A stretch of 64,000 nucleotides of DNA from Candidatus Aalborgiella aggregata (GTDB taxonomy: Bacteria > Pseudomonadota > Gammaproteobacteria > Burkholderiales > Burkholderiaceae_C), in contig JADIYY010000002.1 in the NCBI GenBank assembly GCA_016705065.1, positions 149,545 to 213,544 on the forward strand. The letters are read 5' to 3'. Made by a program: the position numbers and the translations under genes. Below are positions 46,089 through 57,391 of this stretch, in pieces (positions within the stretch are counted from its first letter, which is position 1; the number at the start of each line of letters is the position of its first letter). The notes under the pieces are model-generated. The model was not told the DNA's origin. It did no database searches and was given only the letters and a program-made list of their open reading frames with translations.

Positions 46089-47009
46089 ATGAATAAAACG
46101 AACGTCGCAAATGCATTGCAGAAATTGACAACACCTTTGCTGATACTGAGCTTGGTCGTGCTCAGCGCTTGTTCATCAGGTCCGGCACGTCGTGCACCCG
46201 TCGAAAACCGCGCCGAAGGGGCTTTGCCACCTTCGTCACAAAGCCAATCCACACAAGTCAATGCTGCCGGCTCAGCTACCAAAGCGCCCAGTGGTCCCTA
46301 TGCTGCCAATGCTGGCCAAGCGGGTTACTACACCGTCAAACCTGGTGATACCTTGCTGCAAATTGGACGTAACACGAGCCAAAGCGCACGCGACCTGATT
46401 GCATGGAATAACATAAGCAATCCGAATCAAATTGAAGTCGGTCAAGTGTTGCGCGTAGCACCACCGAGTATGAATACAGCCAGTTCCGGCTCCACCGGCG
46501 TAATCAGTACACCTGTCACTTCAGGCGGTAGCGTTGTGAGCACTCTTCCCGCCCCAGCGTCTGCTGGGGCAAGCACAACTACGATTGTTGTTCCACCCGT
46601 TGCACCCGCTGCACCAACTCCAAGTGCAGCCAAACCCGCAGACAGTGTGGACTTCATTTGGCCAACCAACGGTGCTTTGATTTCTGGCTACGACGAAGTG
46701 AAGAGCAAGGGTTTGAAATTTGCTGGCCGTGCGGGTGACCCTGTGATTGCATCGGCAGATGGTCGTGTGGTGTACGCTGGCGCAGGTTTGCGCGGCTACG
46801 GCAACTTGGTGATTTTGAAGCACAACGAAACCTACCTCACCGCCTATGCACACAACCAAACTCTGCTTGTGAAAGAAGAGCAAGTGGTGCGCAAGGGGCA
46901 ACGCATTGCCGATATGGGCAACAGCGATGCAGACCGTGTGATGCTGCATTTTGAAATTCGCCGTAATGGCAAACCGGTTGACCCTGCCAAATACTTAATG
47001 CCTAGGTAA
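46089..47009 (+). CDS. nlpD: LysM/M23 peptidoglycan metalloendopeptidase-like lipoprotein NlpD
   Basis: Lipobox LVVLSAC, a LysM domain (YTVKPGDTLLQIG) and an M23 domain (GYGNLVILKHNETYLTAYAHN). Confidence 0.9.
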   Translation: MNKTNVANALQKLTTPLLILSLVVLSACSSGPARRAPVENRAEGALPPSSQSQSTQVNAAGSATKAPSGPYAANAGQAGYYTVKPGDTLLQIGRNTSQSARDLIAWNNISNPNQIEVGQVLRVAPPSMNTASSGSTGVISTPVTSGGSVVSTLPAPASAGASTTTIVVPPVAPAAPTPSAAKPADSVDFIWPTNGALISGYDEVKSKGLKFAGRAGDPVIASADGRVVYAGAGLRGYGNLVILKHNETYLTAYAHNQTLLVKEEQVVRKGQRIADMGNSDADRVMLHFEIRRNGKPVDPAKYLMPR

Positions 47010-47050
47010 GCTAATTTTAAAAATTCATTTCATTTTCTTAAGGAGTTCAT

Positions 47051-47752
47051 TTGAAAAAGTTGTTCCCAAGCGCCGCCGATGCGCTCAAAGACATCGTCAA
47101 AGACGGCCAGTTGTTGGCTGTGGGCGGTTTTGGTTTGTGCGGCATACCCGAAGCACTGATCGACGCTCTGCGCGACACGGGCGTGAAAGACCTCACTGTC
47201 ATCTCTAACAACGCAGGGGTTGATGGTTTTGGTTTAGGCAAGTTGCTCGAAACACGCCAAATCAAAAAAATGATTTCCAGTTACGTTGGTGAAAACAAAG
47301 AATTTGAACGCCAATACTTGGCTGGCGAATTGGCTTTGGATTTCACACCCCAAGGCACATTGGCAGAAAAGCTGCGCGCAGGTGGTGCGGGCATTCCGGC
47401 ATTCTTCACGAAAACAGGTGTAGGAACGATTGTTGCGGACGGCAAAGAGCTGCGCGAATTCGATGGCGAAACCTATGTGATGGAGCGTTCATTGACACCC
47501 GATATTGCCTTGGTCAAAGCCGATATTGCAGACCAAAGTGGCAATCTGCGCTTTAACTTAACCGCACGCAACTTCAACCCTGCCGCGGCGATGGCTGGCA
47601 AAATTTGCATCGTTGAAGTAGAGCGCATAGTCGCAACGGGTGAAATCGCCCCCGATGATGTGCATTTGCCAGGCATTTATGTGCACCGCATCGTTGTCAA
47701 CGCCACTCCCGAAAAACGCATTGAAAAGCGCACATTGCGCGACAGAAAGTAG
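47051..47752 (+). CDS. scoA: 3-oxoacid CoA-transferase subunit A
   Basis: TTG start with an aaggag [13 protein letters not shown] and SNNAG motifs are present. Confidence 0.9.
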   Translation: MKKLFPSAADALKDIVKDGQLLAVGGFGLCGIPEALIDALRDTGVKDLTVISNNAGVDGFGLGKLLETRQIKKMISSYVGENKEFERQYLAGELALDFTPQGTLAEKLRAGGAGIPAFFTKTGVGTIVADGKELREFDGETYVMERSLTPDIALVKADIADQSGNLRFNLTARNFNPAAAMAGKICIVEVERIVATGEIAPDDVHLPGIYVHRIVVNATPEKRIEKRTLRDRK

Positions 47753-47759
47753 AACTACC

Positions 47760-48398
47760 ATGGCTTGGACTCAAGATCAAATGGCCGCACGCGCGGCGCA
47801 AGAATTGCAAGACGGTTTTTATGTCAATTTAGGTATTGGCATTCCCACGCTGGTGGCCAACCATGTACCTGACCACGTCGAAGTTTGGTTGCAAAGTGAA
47901 AATGGCATGTTGGGCATTGGTCCATTCCCCTACGAAGATGAAGTCGATGCCGACCTCATCAATGCTGGCAAACAAACCGTCACCACCATCAAAGGCTCAT
48001 CCATTTTTGGCAGCCACGAAAGCTTCGCCATGATTCGTGGCGGCAAAATCAACCTCAGCATTTTGGGCGCGATGCAGGTCAGCGAAAAAGGCGATTTGGC
48101 CAACTGGATGATTCCTGGCAAGATGGTCAAAGGCATGGGCGGCGCCATGGATTTGGTGGCAGGTGTCAAACGTGTCATCATTTTGATGGAGCACGTTGCT
48201 AAGAAGAAAGACGGCACCATTGATTTGAAAATTTTGCCCCAATGCACCTTGCCACTCACCGGCTTGGGCGTGGTGGACCGCATCATCACCGACTTGGCTG
48301 TGATGGACGTGACCGAAGCAGGATTGAAAGTCGTTGAACTCGCGCCCGATGTGACTTTAGAGGAATTGCAGTCTAAAACGGGTGTGAAGCTGATTTAA
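47760..48398 (+). CDS. scoB: 3-oxoacid CoA-transferase subunit B
   Basis: Starts [30 protein letters not shown] and has the SENG catalytic-Glu motif. The ORF-track start at 47640 overlaps scoA and is not used. Confidence 0.9.
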   Translation: MAWTQDQMAARAAQELQDGFYVNLGIGIPTLVANHVPDHVEVWLQSENGMLGIGPFPYEDEVDADLINAGKQTVTTIKGSSIFGSHESFAMIRGGKINLSILGAMQVSEKGDLANWMIPGKMVKGMGGAMDLVAGVKRVIILMEHVAKKKDGTIDLKILPQCTLPLTGLGVVDRIITDLAVMDVTEAGLKVVELAPDVTLEELQSKTGVKLI

Positions 48399-48420
48399 CG
48401 CTAATAATGCGTAGTTAGCC

Positions 48421-48488
48421 AAAAATTTATACGAAATCTGGCTATAGTCAGTGTATTTATTACCTAGTGTGCTATTAAATATATAGCA
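48421..48488 (-). repeat. Dispersed hairpin repeat, copy H (reverse orientation, convergent scoB/acs spacer)
   Basis: The reverse complement reads tgctatatatttaatagcacactaggtaataaatacactgactatagccagatttcgtataaattttt. Confidence 0.85.
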
Positions 48489-48498
48489 TTATCAATGT

Positions 48499-48534
48499 AA
48501 AAAAGGCAGTCAAAATAGTTTGACTGCCTTTTTT
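48499..48534. terminator. Bidirectional rho-independent terminator shared by scoB and acs
   Basis: aaaaaaGGCAGTCAAAatagTTTGACTGCCtttttt. Confidence 0.8.
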
Positions 48535-48569
48535 GTTTTCAACGCGCTTTTGACTGCGCGCGGGTGGGC

Positions 48570-50567
48570 TTACAGCTTCTCTGCCAATTGGTCCAAAATT
48601 GCTGGGTTTTCCAAAGTAGAAGTATCTTGCGTGATGGCCTCGCCTTTGGCGATAGAACGCAACAAACGGCGCATGATTTTGCCGCTGCGGGTTTTGGGCA
48701 AGTTGTCACCAAAGCGAATGTCTTTGGGCTTGGCAATCGGGCCGATTTCTTTGGCTACCCAGTTGCGCAACTCGTTGGCAATCTTCTTGGCTTCGTCACC
48801 CGTTGGACGGCTGCGTTTCAAGACCACAAAGGCGCAAATCGCTTCGCCGGTCAAGTCGTCAGGACGACCCACTACCGCGGCTTCGGCTACCAAGTGTGCA
48901 CAGCCTACCAACGCAGATTCAATCTCCATGGTACCCATGCGGTGACCTGACACGTTCAACACATCGTCAATACGGCCTGTGATGCGGAAATAGCCACGGT
49001 CTGCACTGCGCACTGCGCCGTCGCCAGCCAAGTAAATTTTGCCACCCATTTCAGCTGGGAAATAGCTGGTTTTGAAGCGCTCTGGGTCGTTCCAAATGGT
49101 GCGAATCATGGATGGCCATGGGCGTTTCACCACTAACATACCGCCCGATCCATTCGGAATATCGTTGCCTGTTTCGTCCACAATCGCAGCCATGATGCCT
49201 GGCAAAGGCAAAGTGCAGCTGCCAGGTACCAAAGGTGTTGCACCTGGCAATGGGGTCATCATGTGACCACCAGTTTCCGTTTGCCAGAAAGTGTCCACGA
49301 TAGGGCAACGCTCGCCACCCACGTGCTTGTAGTACCACATCCAAGCTTCTGGATTGATTGGCTCGCCCACACTGCCCAAGATGCGCAATGATGACAAATC
49401 AGAACGGTCAGGATGTACAGATGCATCGCCTTCAGAAGCTTTGATCAATGAACGAATCGCTGTGGGGGCGGTATAAAAAATCGTGCATTTGTGCTTTTCA
49501 ATGGTTTGCCAGAAACGCCCTGCATTGGGGTAAGTAGGAATGCCTTCGAAGATAATTTGTGTGGCACCAGCTGCCAAAGGGCCGTAAGCCACATAGCTGT
49601 GACCGGTGATCCAACCGATATCGGCGGTACACCAAAACACATCATTCGGTTGCAAGTCAAAGGTCCAATCCATCGTCAACTTGGTCCACAGCAAATAACC
49701 AGCGGTGGAATGCTGCACGCCTTTGGGTTTACCGGTAGAGCCTGATGTGTACAAAATAAACAAAGGATGCTCTGCGCCCACAGTTGCAGGTGTGCAAACT
49801 TTACTTTGACCTGCTAATGCGCGTGAGAATGTTTTGTCGCGACCTGAGACCATGTTGCAGGCTGTGGCAGTGCGCTCATACACGTACACGGTTTTGATGC
49901 TGTCGCAACCACCCATGTTGATGCCTTCGTCCACAATCGCTTTGAGCGGCAATTCTTTGCCGCCGCGCATTTGGTAATTGGCAGTAATCACGGCAACCGC
50001 GCCGGCGTCAATGATGCGCTCTTGCAAAGCTTTGGCAGAGAAACCACCAAACACCACACTGTGCGTTGCGCCGATGCGTGCGCAAGCTTGCATGGCAATC
50101 ACGCCTTCAACCGTCATGGGCATGTAAATCAGTACACGATCGCCTTTTTTGATGCCATCTGCCTTGAGCGCATTGGCAAACTGGCTCACGCGATCGAGCA
50201 ATTCTTTGTAAGTGGTTTTGGTCACTTGACCGTCATCGCCTTCAAAAATAATGGCGGTTTTATTTTCTGTGGGTGTGCCCATGTGCTTGTCTAAGCAATT
50301 GGCAGATGCATTCAAAGTGCCGTCGTCAAACCATTTGTAGAAAGGTGCTTTGGATTCGTCTAATACTTTGGTGAATGGCTTTTTCCAAACCAAGTTCTCA
50401 CGCGCCAAGCGCGCCCATGTGCCGTTGAAATCAGTTTCGAACGCTTTGCACATGGCTTTGTATTGCGCCATGCTTTTGATGTTGGCTTTTTTCGAAAAAG
50501 CGGGGCTTGGATTAAATACGCGGTTTTCGACCAATGTTGATTCAATGGCTGAGGAAGCAGTGCTCAT
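48570..50567 (-). CDS. acs: acetyl-CoA synthetase
   Basis: 665 aa. Motifs [18 protein letters not shown], and C-terminal SGKIMRR containing the acetylatable lysine. Confidence 0.96.
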   Translation of the reverse strand: MSTASSAIESTLVENRVFNPSPAFSKKANIKSMAQYKAMCKAFETDFNGTWARLARENLVWKKPFTKVLDESKAPFYKWFDDGTLNASANCLDKHMGTPTENKTAIIFEGDDGQVTKTTYKELLDRVSQFANALKADGIKKGDRVLIYMPMTVEGVIAMQACARIGATHSVVFGGFSAKALQERIIDAGAVAVITANYQMRGGKELPLKAIVDEGINMGGCDSIKTVYVYERTATACNMVSGRDKTFSRALAGQSKVCTPATVGAEHPLFILYTSGSTGKPKGVQHSTAGYLLWTKLTMDWTFDLQPNDVFWCTADIGWITGHSYVAYGPLAAGATQIIFEGIPTYPNAGRFWQTIEKHKCTIFYTAPTAIRSLIKASEGDASVHPDRSDLSSLRILGSVGEPINPEAWMWYYKHVGGERCPIVDTFWQTETGGHMMTPLPGATPLVPGSCTLPLPGIMAAIVDETGNDIPNGSGGMLVVKRPWPSMIRTIWNDPERFKTSYFPAEMGGKIYLAGDGAVRSADRGYFRITGRIDDVLNVSGHRMGTMEIESALVGCAHLVAEAAVVGRPDDLTGEAICAFVVLKRSRPTGDEAKKIANELRNWVAKEIGPIAKPKDIRFGDNLPKTRSGKIMRRLLRSIAKGEAITQDTSTLENPAILDQLAEKL

Positions 50568-50762
50568 ATTTTTGTCTCCGAACGGTGGTAAATAATTGGA
50601 ATAACGATGTCAGATATTAAGCTTGAAAACGGCAAATTTGATTGTCCCTAATCAAGACTGCACCGAATATCAGGGTTAGCACTTACAACGGTCTGACTTC
50701 AAGCCCAGGCTGACATAGTGCTATTGGGCTATTTCTGTTCACAGTTCGCCGATAATCATGCC

Positions 50763-51191
50763 ATGCAAAACCAAAATGACCACGAAAATACACAGCCCAA
50801 CTCTGACGACGTTTCTAGCCTTGTTAACCCGCAAAAGCAGCGCAAGGGAATCAGCCGCATCATGCATGCAGGTGGCTACTCAATTGCAGGCTTGAAAGCT
50901 GGATGGCAGGAAACAGCATTCCGGCAAGAGGCCGTCATGGCTATTTTTTTATTGCCCTTGTCTTTTTGGTTAGGTGAAAATTGGATTGAAACTGCGCTTT
51001 TGGCAGGTTCCGTCCTGTTTGTCATGATCGTAGAGCTGCTCAACACCGGTATTGAAACCGCCATCGACCGCATTGGTCCGGAATGGCATGAATTATCCAA
51101 ACGCGCCAAAGACATGGGCAGTGCTGCGGTTTTACTCAGTTTGCTGTTGTGTGCCGGCATCTGGTTGGCAGCACTTTTTCATCGTATTTAG
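50763..51191 (+). CDS. dgkA: diacylglycerol kinase
   Basis: GYSIAGLKAGWQETAFRQE, ELLNTGIE and three TM segments. I chose ATG 50763 over the upstream GTG at 50718. Confidence 0.85.
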   Translation: MQNQNDHENTQPNSDDVSSLVNPQKQRKGISRIMHAGGYSIAGLKAGWQETAFRQEAVMAIFLLPLSFWLGENWIETALLAGSVLFVMIVELLNTGIETAIDRIGPEWHELSKRAKDMGSAAVLLSLLLCAGIWLAALFHRI

Positions 51192-51253
51192 CACTTTTAG
51201 TGAGACTTATTGATTTTTAAATACAGTTAACATCATTTAATAAATTTCGGCAA

Positions 51254-52501
51254 TTGGATGGCACCGTGAAAAACAGAGTTATTGTTCTAGGCGCAGGTAT
51301 GGTGGGTACTTGTACCGCCTTGCACCTGCAAGCACGCGGTTTCGATGTGGTTTTGATTGACAGGCGCTCACCGGGGCTTGAAACCTCTTATGGCAATGCG
51401 GGCTTGATTCAACAAGAAGCCGTCGAACCCTATGCAATGCCGAGAGATCCTGTTTTCCTGCTGCAAAGTGCATTGGGTTTGCGCTCCGAAGTGAGTTGGC
51501 ATGCCAATGCCATACCGCAAATGTTGCCCGCGCTGTGGCGGTATTACAAAAATTCAACTGCTGAAAAGCATGCTTTGGCCACACGAGCGTACGGCCTCTT
51601 AACGGCACACGCCACTTCAGAACATCAACCGCTCATCACAAAATCACAATCCGAGTACTTGATTTCCAAGAGTGGTTTTCGCTTTATTTACCGTACCCAG
51701 CAGGCGTTTGATGATGGCTGTGCGCGAGCTGCCAGACTACACAAAGACTATGGTGTGGCTAGCCAAATACTGGATAGCACAGCCTTGGCAAAAGCAGAAC
51801 CAGCTTTGCGGATTGCCATGGCTGGTAGTGTTCATTGGCTAGAGTCATGGGCGGTGAGCGACCCGGGAGCTTTGGTGCAACGCTACGCCAATTTGTTTGT
51901 CGCCAAAGGCGGTCAAATATTGCATGGAGATGCCAACACCCTGGGCCAACATAGCACAAACTGGCATGTACAAACAGACGCTGGTGATGTGACTGCCAGC
52001 CAAATTGTGATTGCTTTAGGCCCTTGGGCCAACGCATTTGTCAAAAAACTGGGCTATGACATGCCCCTGTTCATCAAACGCGGCTACCACCAGCATTACA
52101 AACGACCCACACGTTTGTCCATGCCGTTATTAGATTATGAAAAAGGTTATGTCATCGCCCCTATGCAACAAGGCATGCGCCTGACCACTGGTGCAGAGTT
52201 TGCCAGAATAGATGCTCCAGCAACCCCCATACAACTGCAAAAAACACAATCGCTAGCACACGAACTTGTCGGTTTGGAAGACCCTTTGCCTACGCCACCA
52301 TGGCTTGGCTCGCGCCCTTGCACGGCAGACATGTTGCCGATCATGGGTGCAGCTCCCAAGCACAAAGGCATGTGGTTCAACTTTGGGCACAGTCACCAGG
52401 GTTTTACGCACGGACCCGTTTCAGGCCGATTGCTGGCTGAAATGATCAGTAAAGAAGCGCCCCTTGTCGACATGGCATCCTTCTCACCCGCCCGGTTTTA
52501 G
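51254..52501 (+). CDS. FAD-dependent oxidoreductase (DAO/D-amino-acid dehydrogenase-like)
   Basis: Rossmann motif VIVLGAGMVGTCTALHL. About 415 aa, consistent with the DAO family. Confidence 0.8.
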   Translation: MDGTVKNRVIVLGAGMVGTCTALHLQARGFDVVLIDRRSPGLETSYGNAGLIQQEAVEPYAMPRDPVFLLQSALGLRSEVSWHANAIPQMLPALWRYYKNSTAEKHALATRAYGLLTAHATSEHQPLITKSQSEYLISKSGFRFIYRTQQAFDDGCARAARLHKDYGVASQILDSTALAKAEPALRIAMAGSVHWLESWAVSDPGALVQRYANLFVAKGGQILHGDANTLGQHSTNWHVQTDAGDVTASQIVIALGPWANAFVKKLGYDMPLFIKRGYHQHYKRPTRLSMPLLDYEKGYVIAPMQQGMRLTTGAEFARIDAPATPIQLQKTQSLAHELVGLEDPLPTPPWLGSRPCTADMLPIMGAAPKHKGMWFNFGHSHQGFTHGPVSGRLLAEMISKEAPLVDMASFSPARF

Positions 52502-55165
52502 CGACAAACACAAGGCCCTGCTGTCCGGTTCCAATTGCTCTTTGCTGTCCACAACAAAACCCAACTGCTTTGCCATGCTCAGCATGCGTGTGTTTTGCTT
52601 CAGCACCGTCGCCACCAAACGCTCTGTGCCTTGGCTTTGCAAATAGCGAATCAATTTTTGCATCAACAAGAATCCCAAACCTTTGCCTTTGAGCTCTGAG
52701 CGAATAATGATGCCAAATTCAGCGTCGCGATTGTCAGGGTCAATCATGGCACGCACCACACCCAGCGTAATCGGCAAACCGTTGGCATCTTTCCCCATGG
52801 CGACAAAAGCCATTTCACGCGCATAGTCAATTTGCACCAAGCGCGCCAGCTCACTTCGCTCCATGGTGCGCCTGCTGTAGAAAACCCGCATGTGAATGTC
52901 CTCAGGATCGAGTTGCTGCAAAAATGCCATGTGCAAAGCCTCATCTTCAGGCCGAATGGGACGCAGGCAAATATTTTGGTTTTGCCATGGCACATTTTCT
53001 TCCAGCTGAGCTGGGTAGGGTCGAATCGCAAAATTTGCAGAACCCGCGGGTGCTGCTGCACTCAAACGGATGCGCGCATCCAGTGCAATAGCACCTTCAA
53101 AATTGACAATCAAGGGGTTGATGTCCAACTCCGCAATTTCAGGAATTTCGGCCAACAGTTGCGACACGGCAATCAACACGCCATGCAATGCCGCTTCATC
53201 CACTTTGGGTGTGTCCCTGAAACCTGCCAATAATTTGGACACCCTTGTGCGCGACACCAAAGCTTTGGCCAATGGGATGTTCAGGGGCGGCAATGCAATG
53301 GCACGATCCGCCATTACCTCTACCGCTGTGCCACCTTGCCCAAACAAAATCACAGGGCCAAAAACACTGTCAATTGTGCTGCCCACAATCAGCTCTTGCG
53401 CATGCTTGCGCTTGACCATGCTCTGCACCGTGAAGCCTTGAATACGCGCCTCTGGGCGTTCGTGCTTGACCCGCTCCAACATGGTCGCTGCAGCGTTGTG
53501 CACCTCGGATTCATTTTGCAAATTCAAGGCCACACCACCCACATCCGACTTGTGCGAAATATCATCTGACAAAATTTTCAGCACCACTGGATAACCCATG
53601 CTCTGTGCAGCCTGTGCAGCCGCATCGGGTGTGCCTGCTACACGTTTGGTCGGCACAATTGCAATGCGACAAGCGTCCAACACCGCTTTGGCTTCCAGCT
53701 CCGTCAACATCTCACGTCCAGCAACCAACGCTGTCTTGACGATGACTTTGATAGCGTCCAAATCAGGTCGTAAATGCGGCAGCAATGCGGGTGGCGCCTC
53801 TGTCAATTCAGCTTGATTTTGTCGGTACTTCACCAGCATTGAAAACGCCTGCACGGCTTGCTCAGGTGTGTCGTAATCTGCAATGCCTGCATCTTGAAAA
53901 ATTTGTCGCGCCTGTTCAACGGCATGATCTCCCAGCCAACAACTCATCACATGCGGTGGCATGCCCGCCTTGCTGGCGGCAAGAGGCACCAATGCACGCG
54001 CGATGTCGGCACTGGGAACAATGGCTGTAGGTGCATGGATGAACAACACCGCACCGACAGCTGCATCGTCATTCAAAATTTGCATGGCATCCACATACCG
54101 CGTCACAGGTGCATCACCAATGATGTCCACCGGGTTGCCATGCGACCAGTTGGTGGGCAGCACAGCGTTGAGTTTTTGCTGTGTTGCATCACTCAAATCC
54201 AGCAGTGTCACGCCCACAAATGCCGCTGCATCAGCCGCCATCACGCCCACGCCGCCACCATTCGTCAGCACGGTGATGGTATCGCTGGTATTGGTGCGAA
54301 ATCGCGTCAGGGTTTCGGCGGCTAAAAACAGCTCTTGCAAGGAGTTGACGCGCAACATGCCCGCACGCGCGATGGCTGCTTCATACACCATATCAGATCC
54401 TGCCAATGCGCCTGTGTGCGACGCAGCCGCTTGCTGACCGCGTGGTGAACGCCCTGCTTTGACGATGATGACAGGCTTGTTGCGCGCTGCAGCCCTGGCA
54501 GCCGACATGAATTTGCGTGGTGATTCTATGGACTCTGAGTACAACAAAATGGCGCGTGTGTTGGCATCGCTGGCCAAGTAATCCAGCATGTCACCAAAGT
54601 CAACGTCAGCATGTTCGCCTAAGGACACAAAATGTGAAAAACCAATGTTCTGCCCCTGCGACCAATCCAACATGGCTGTGACCAGAGCGCCCGATTGCGA
54701 TACAAAAGCCAACTCTCCGGGTATGGCATTGGTATGCGTAAAGCTGGCATTCAAACCAATGTGCGGAGAAAGAAAGCCAATACAGTTAGGTCCTAGTATT
54801 CGCAGCAGTTGTGGTTTTGCTGCATCCAACATGGCTTGCTTTTGTTCGCGCGTCATGCCCGCGGTCAGCACCACGGCTGCGCGCGTGCCCAATGCCGCCA
54901 ATTGCGTGATCAAATCAACCACTGTGCTCGCTGGTGTGCATATCACTGCCAAATCGGGCACTGCGGGTAAATCTGACGCATTAGATACCACGGTGTAGCC
55001 CGTCAACTTGGGTAGTTTCGGGTTAACTGCGTACAAAGCGCCTTTGTAGCTACCTTGTGTGAGGTTGCGCCAAGCTGTGGCACCGACACTGCCTTCGCGC
55101 TCTGAAGCGCCAAATACGGCGATTGATGTGGGGTCAAAAAGTGAATCTAAATTGCGAATACTCAT
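52484..55165 (-). CDS. Bifunctional NDP-forming acyl-CoA synthetase-like / GNAT protein acetyltransferase (Pat/PatZ-like)
   Basis: 893 aa. N-terminal CoA-binding region (SIAVFGASEREGSVG), an ATP-grasp middle and a C-terminal GNAT (RSELKGKGLGFLLMQKL). Confidence 0.85.
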   Translation of the reverse strand: MSIRNLDSLFDPTSIAVFGASEREGSVGATAWRNLTQGSYKGALYAVNPKLPKLTGYTVVSNASDLPAVPDLAVICTPASTVVDLITQLAALGTRAAVVLTAGMTREQKQAMLDAAKPQLLRILGPNCIGFLSPHIGLNASFTHTNAIPGELAFVSQSGALVTAMLDWSQGQNIGFSHFVSLGEHADVDFGDMLDYLASDANTRAILLYSESIESPRKFMSAARAAARNKPVIIVKAGRSPRGQQAAASHTGALAGSDMVYEAAIARAGMLRVNSLQELFLAAETLTRFRTNTSDTITVLTNGGGVGVMAADAAAFVGVTLLDLSDATQQKLNAVLPTNWSHGNPVDIIGDAPVTRYVDAMQILNDDAAVGAVLFIHAPTAIVPSADIARALVPLAASKAGMPPHVMSCWLGDHAVEQARQIFQDAGIADYDTPEQAVQAFSMLVKYRQNQAELTEAPPALLPHLRPDLDAIKVIVKTALVAGREMLTELEAKAVLDACRIAIVPTKRVAGTPDAAAQAAQSMGYPVVLKILSDDISHKSDVGGVALNLQNESEVHNAAATMLERVKHERPEARIQGFTVQSMVKRKHAQELIVGSTIDSVFGPVILFGQGGTAVEVMADRAIALPPLNIPLAKALVSRTRVSKLLAGFRDTPKVDEAALHGVLIAVSQLLAEIPEIAELDINPLIVNFEGAIALDARIRLSAAAPAGSANFAIRPYPAQLEENVPWQNQNICLRPIRPEDEALHMAFLQQLDPEDIHMRVFYSRRTMERSELARLVQIDYAREMAFVAMGKDANGLPITLGVVRAMIDPDNRDAEFGIIIRSELKGKGLGFLLMQKLIRYLQSQGTERLVATVLKQNTRMLSMAKQLGFVVDSKEQLEPDSRALCLSLKPGG

Positions 55166-55211
55166 GTGTCACATTATGAGCGCAGAGCTTGACATCTACA
55201 TGACTAAATTT

Positions 55212-55270
55212 TGCTATATATTTTATAGCAATATAGGCAATCAATACACCGCATAAGTCCATTTTTTGGC
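55212..55270 (+). repeat. Dispersed hairpin repeat, copy F (divergent pat/epimerase spacer)
   Basis: tgctatatattttatagcaatataggcaatcaatacaccgcataagtccatttttt. Confidence 0.85.
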
Positions 55271-55321
55271 ATGCATACCTATGATTTAATTGTTTATCAC
55301 TGTAAGAGCTATACTTGACTC

Positions 55322-56374
55322 ATGACCACCATGATTACGGGAAGCCAAATCAACTGGCAGCGCTGTCAGGTTCTTGTCACTGGAGGAGCCAGTTTTATCG
55401 GCAGCCATCTGGTCGAGCGGTTGATACAAAAAGGTGCATCTGTTCGTGTTGCTGACAATTTGTCGAGCGGAAGGCTCGAGAATCTCGATGCAGTTCAAAG
55501 CAAGATTGAGTTCCTCAAAGGCGACCTTCTGGAACCCGATTTTGCGATTAAGTCATCTCAGGGTTGCAAAGTTGTGTTCCATTTGGCGGCAGATCACGGG
55601 GGGCGGGGGTATATTGCTTCCCATCCTGCCAACTGCGTCAACAACATGGCCCTCGACAACACAGTATTCCGCAGTGCTGTTGCAAATGGCGTCGAGAGAA
55701 TCACCTTCGCGAGTTCGGCCTGTGTTTACCCCACGGACATCCAGACCGGCAAGGTGCTCTTGCGAGAGGATATGGTCTCCTTCACGCAACGAGGCGGTAT
55801 GTTCGCTGATGAAGAATATGGCTGGGCCAAGCTGATGGGCGAGCTCTCTCTGCGGGCTTATCGTAAACAGCATGGGATTAAAGCGGCCGCGGTCAGAATC
55901 TTCACGGCATATGGCCCCCGAGAGAACGAAACGCACGCGATTATGGCACTGATTGCAAAGGCATTTATCGAACAGTCACCTTTTGAGATATGGGGAGATG
56001 GTACACAGACGCGGAATTTTACTTATGTGGACGATGTGGTGAATGCACTTGTCCTGGCTTGCGAGTCCATTGAAGATGGTAGCGCGGTGAACGCCGGGAT
56101 CAGCGACTTCATTAGTCTCAATGACGCGGCCGCAGAGGTATTCGACATCATGCGATGGACTCCGCCTATGGGTATCAAACATCAGTTAGCGAACCCTGTC
56201 GGGGTTTTGCACAGGGCTGCGGACGGAACATTTGCACGAGAGACAACTGGATGGCAGCCACGGCATACATTCCGTGAAGGGTTGGAGCGAACCATCGAAT
56301 GGTATGTTGCTACCCACCAAGCAGCGCAAGTCAAAGCGTATCTCGATGCGCTCTTGTGGAGCCGTAATCAGTGA
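55322..56374 (+). CDS. NAD-dependent nucleotide-sugar epimerase/dehydratase (extended SDR)
   Basis: Motif VLVTGGASFIGSHLVERL and a YGWAK catalytic Y-x3-K. Length is 350 aa. Confidence 0.85.
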   Translation: MTTMITGSQINWQRCQVLVTGGASFIGSHLVERLIQKGASVRVADNLSSGRLENLDAVQSKIEFLKGDLLEPDFAIKSSQGCKVVFHLAADHGGRGYIASHPANCVNNMALDNTVFRSAVANGVERITFASSACVYPTDIQTGKVLLREDMVSFTQRGGMFADEEYGWAKLMGELSLRAYRKQHGIKAAAVRIFTAYGPRENETHAIMALIAKAFIEQSPFEIWGDGTQTRNFTYVDDVVNALVLACESIEDGSAVNAGISDFISLNDAAAEVFDIMRWTPPMGIKHQLANPVGVLHRAADGTFARETTGWQPRHTFREGLERTIEWYVATHQAAQVKAYLDALLWSRNQ

Positions 56375-56433
56375 GTTTGTTTGCCGGTGCTTATGCTGCT
56401 ATCAATGGTTAGAGAAATGCGCAGGCAGGTAAG

Positions 56434-57279
56434 ATGAGTCCCCTTTCATTAATGCGTCCTGCCCGACAAAAGACCTTGTTTTGCATCATCGGGAATTTGC
56501 GCGGCGGAGATATGCCGTACAACTCTTACTTAGAAAATTTCGGAGACGACTGCGATCTTTGTCTGTGTGTTGGCAATAGCTACCAAGACTCTCCTTGGCG
56601 ACAGCACGCCAAATACATTTGGGAGATTGACGAAACAGACACTCAGGTCTGGGAAATGACCTATGACGGCGTTTCCAAAGAATGGAGAACGCATAATCAT
56701 CTGGAAAACTTGTGGGGACCGTATCAGGGGCTGAAAGGTTCAGGCATGATCATCTGTTCGTTCCGCCAAAAGCTGTACGAAAATTTGATAAAGTTGCCTA
56801 TGGTGTATGACAGGTATGTCTTAACTCGAGCCGATCATTATTATGTTTCGAATTTCCTTCCCACCGTAAAACCGGGCAGTATCTATATACCAATAGGAGA
56901 AGAATATGGAGGTGTCACTGACCGGTTCTCAGTGGCGGATAGGGAGACATTCCTGCGTAGCCTACTTATCATCCCTTTTATTATTCAAAATCCGAATCTG
57001 TTCAACAATGTAGAACAATATTTGAAGGCGTTCTACAGATCTTCCAGTATGAAAATTGTGAAATACCGGCGCAACATGTATACGGTTGGAAGAAAAGACG
57101 AACAAACACGTTGGCAAACCGTCAGTCAACAAGAAGCGCCACATGGAGGTGGCGAATATTTTCTGAAGTATCCTTCAGAATTTGCGTTGATCAACAAATC
57201 CCTACTTTCGCGAACCATCAAAAGGGTAAAAGGTCGCGCGATGGCGATGTTAGCAAGGCTATCAGTCCCACGCGCATGA
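56434..57279 (+). CDS. hypothetical protein (no family recognised; possible sugar-modifying partner of the epimerase)
   Basis: 281-aa ORF co-oriented 60 nt after the epimerase. No TM segment or signal peptide. Codon usage is atypical for the window. Confidence 0.6.
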   Translation: MSPLSLMRPARQKTLFCIIGNLRGGDMPYNSYLENFGDDCDLCLCVGNSYQDSPWRQHAKYIWEIDETDTQVWEMTYDGVSKEWRTHNHLENLWGPYQGLKGSGMIICSFRQKLYENLIKLPMVYDRYVLTRADHYYVSNFLPTVKPGSIYIPIGEEYGGVTDRFSVADRETFLRSLLIIPFIIQNPNLFNNVEQYLKAFYRSSSMKIVKYRRNMYTVGRKDEQTRWQTVSQQEAPHGGGEYFLKYPSEFALINKSLLSRTIKRVKGRAMAMLARLSVPRA

Positions 57280-57391
57280 GCAGATAGGAAAAGCTCAGAT
57301 CCTGCAAATCATGGTTAGATTTTGCAAATCACCAAATGCATGCACAAGTCATACTTTTTGATAGCTGATGAAAACAATAATACTCTCACAA

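Noticed and set aside
47010-47050. Absence of rpoS after surE-pcm-nlpD, considered as a deletion.
   Set aside because: Many Burkholderiales lineages, such as the Comamonadaceae, naturally lack rpoS at this position. There is no scar or remnant in the 41-nt spacer, so this is probably lineage-typical rather than an event.
57300-57345. The direct repeat tgcaaatca...tgcaaatca downstream of the hypothetical gene.
   Set aside because: Two 9-mers in an AT-rich 3' spacer fall within chance expectation, and no associated gene start or palindrome is present.
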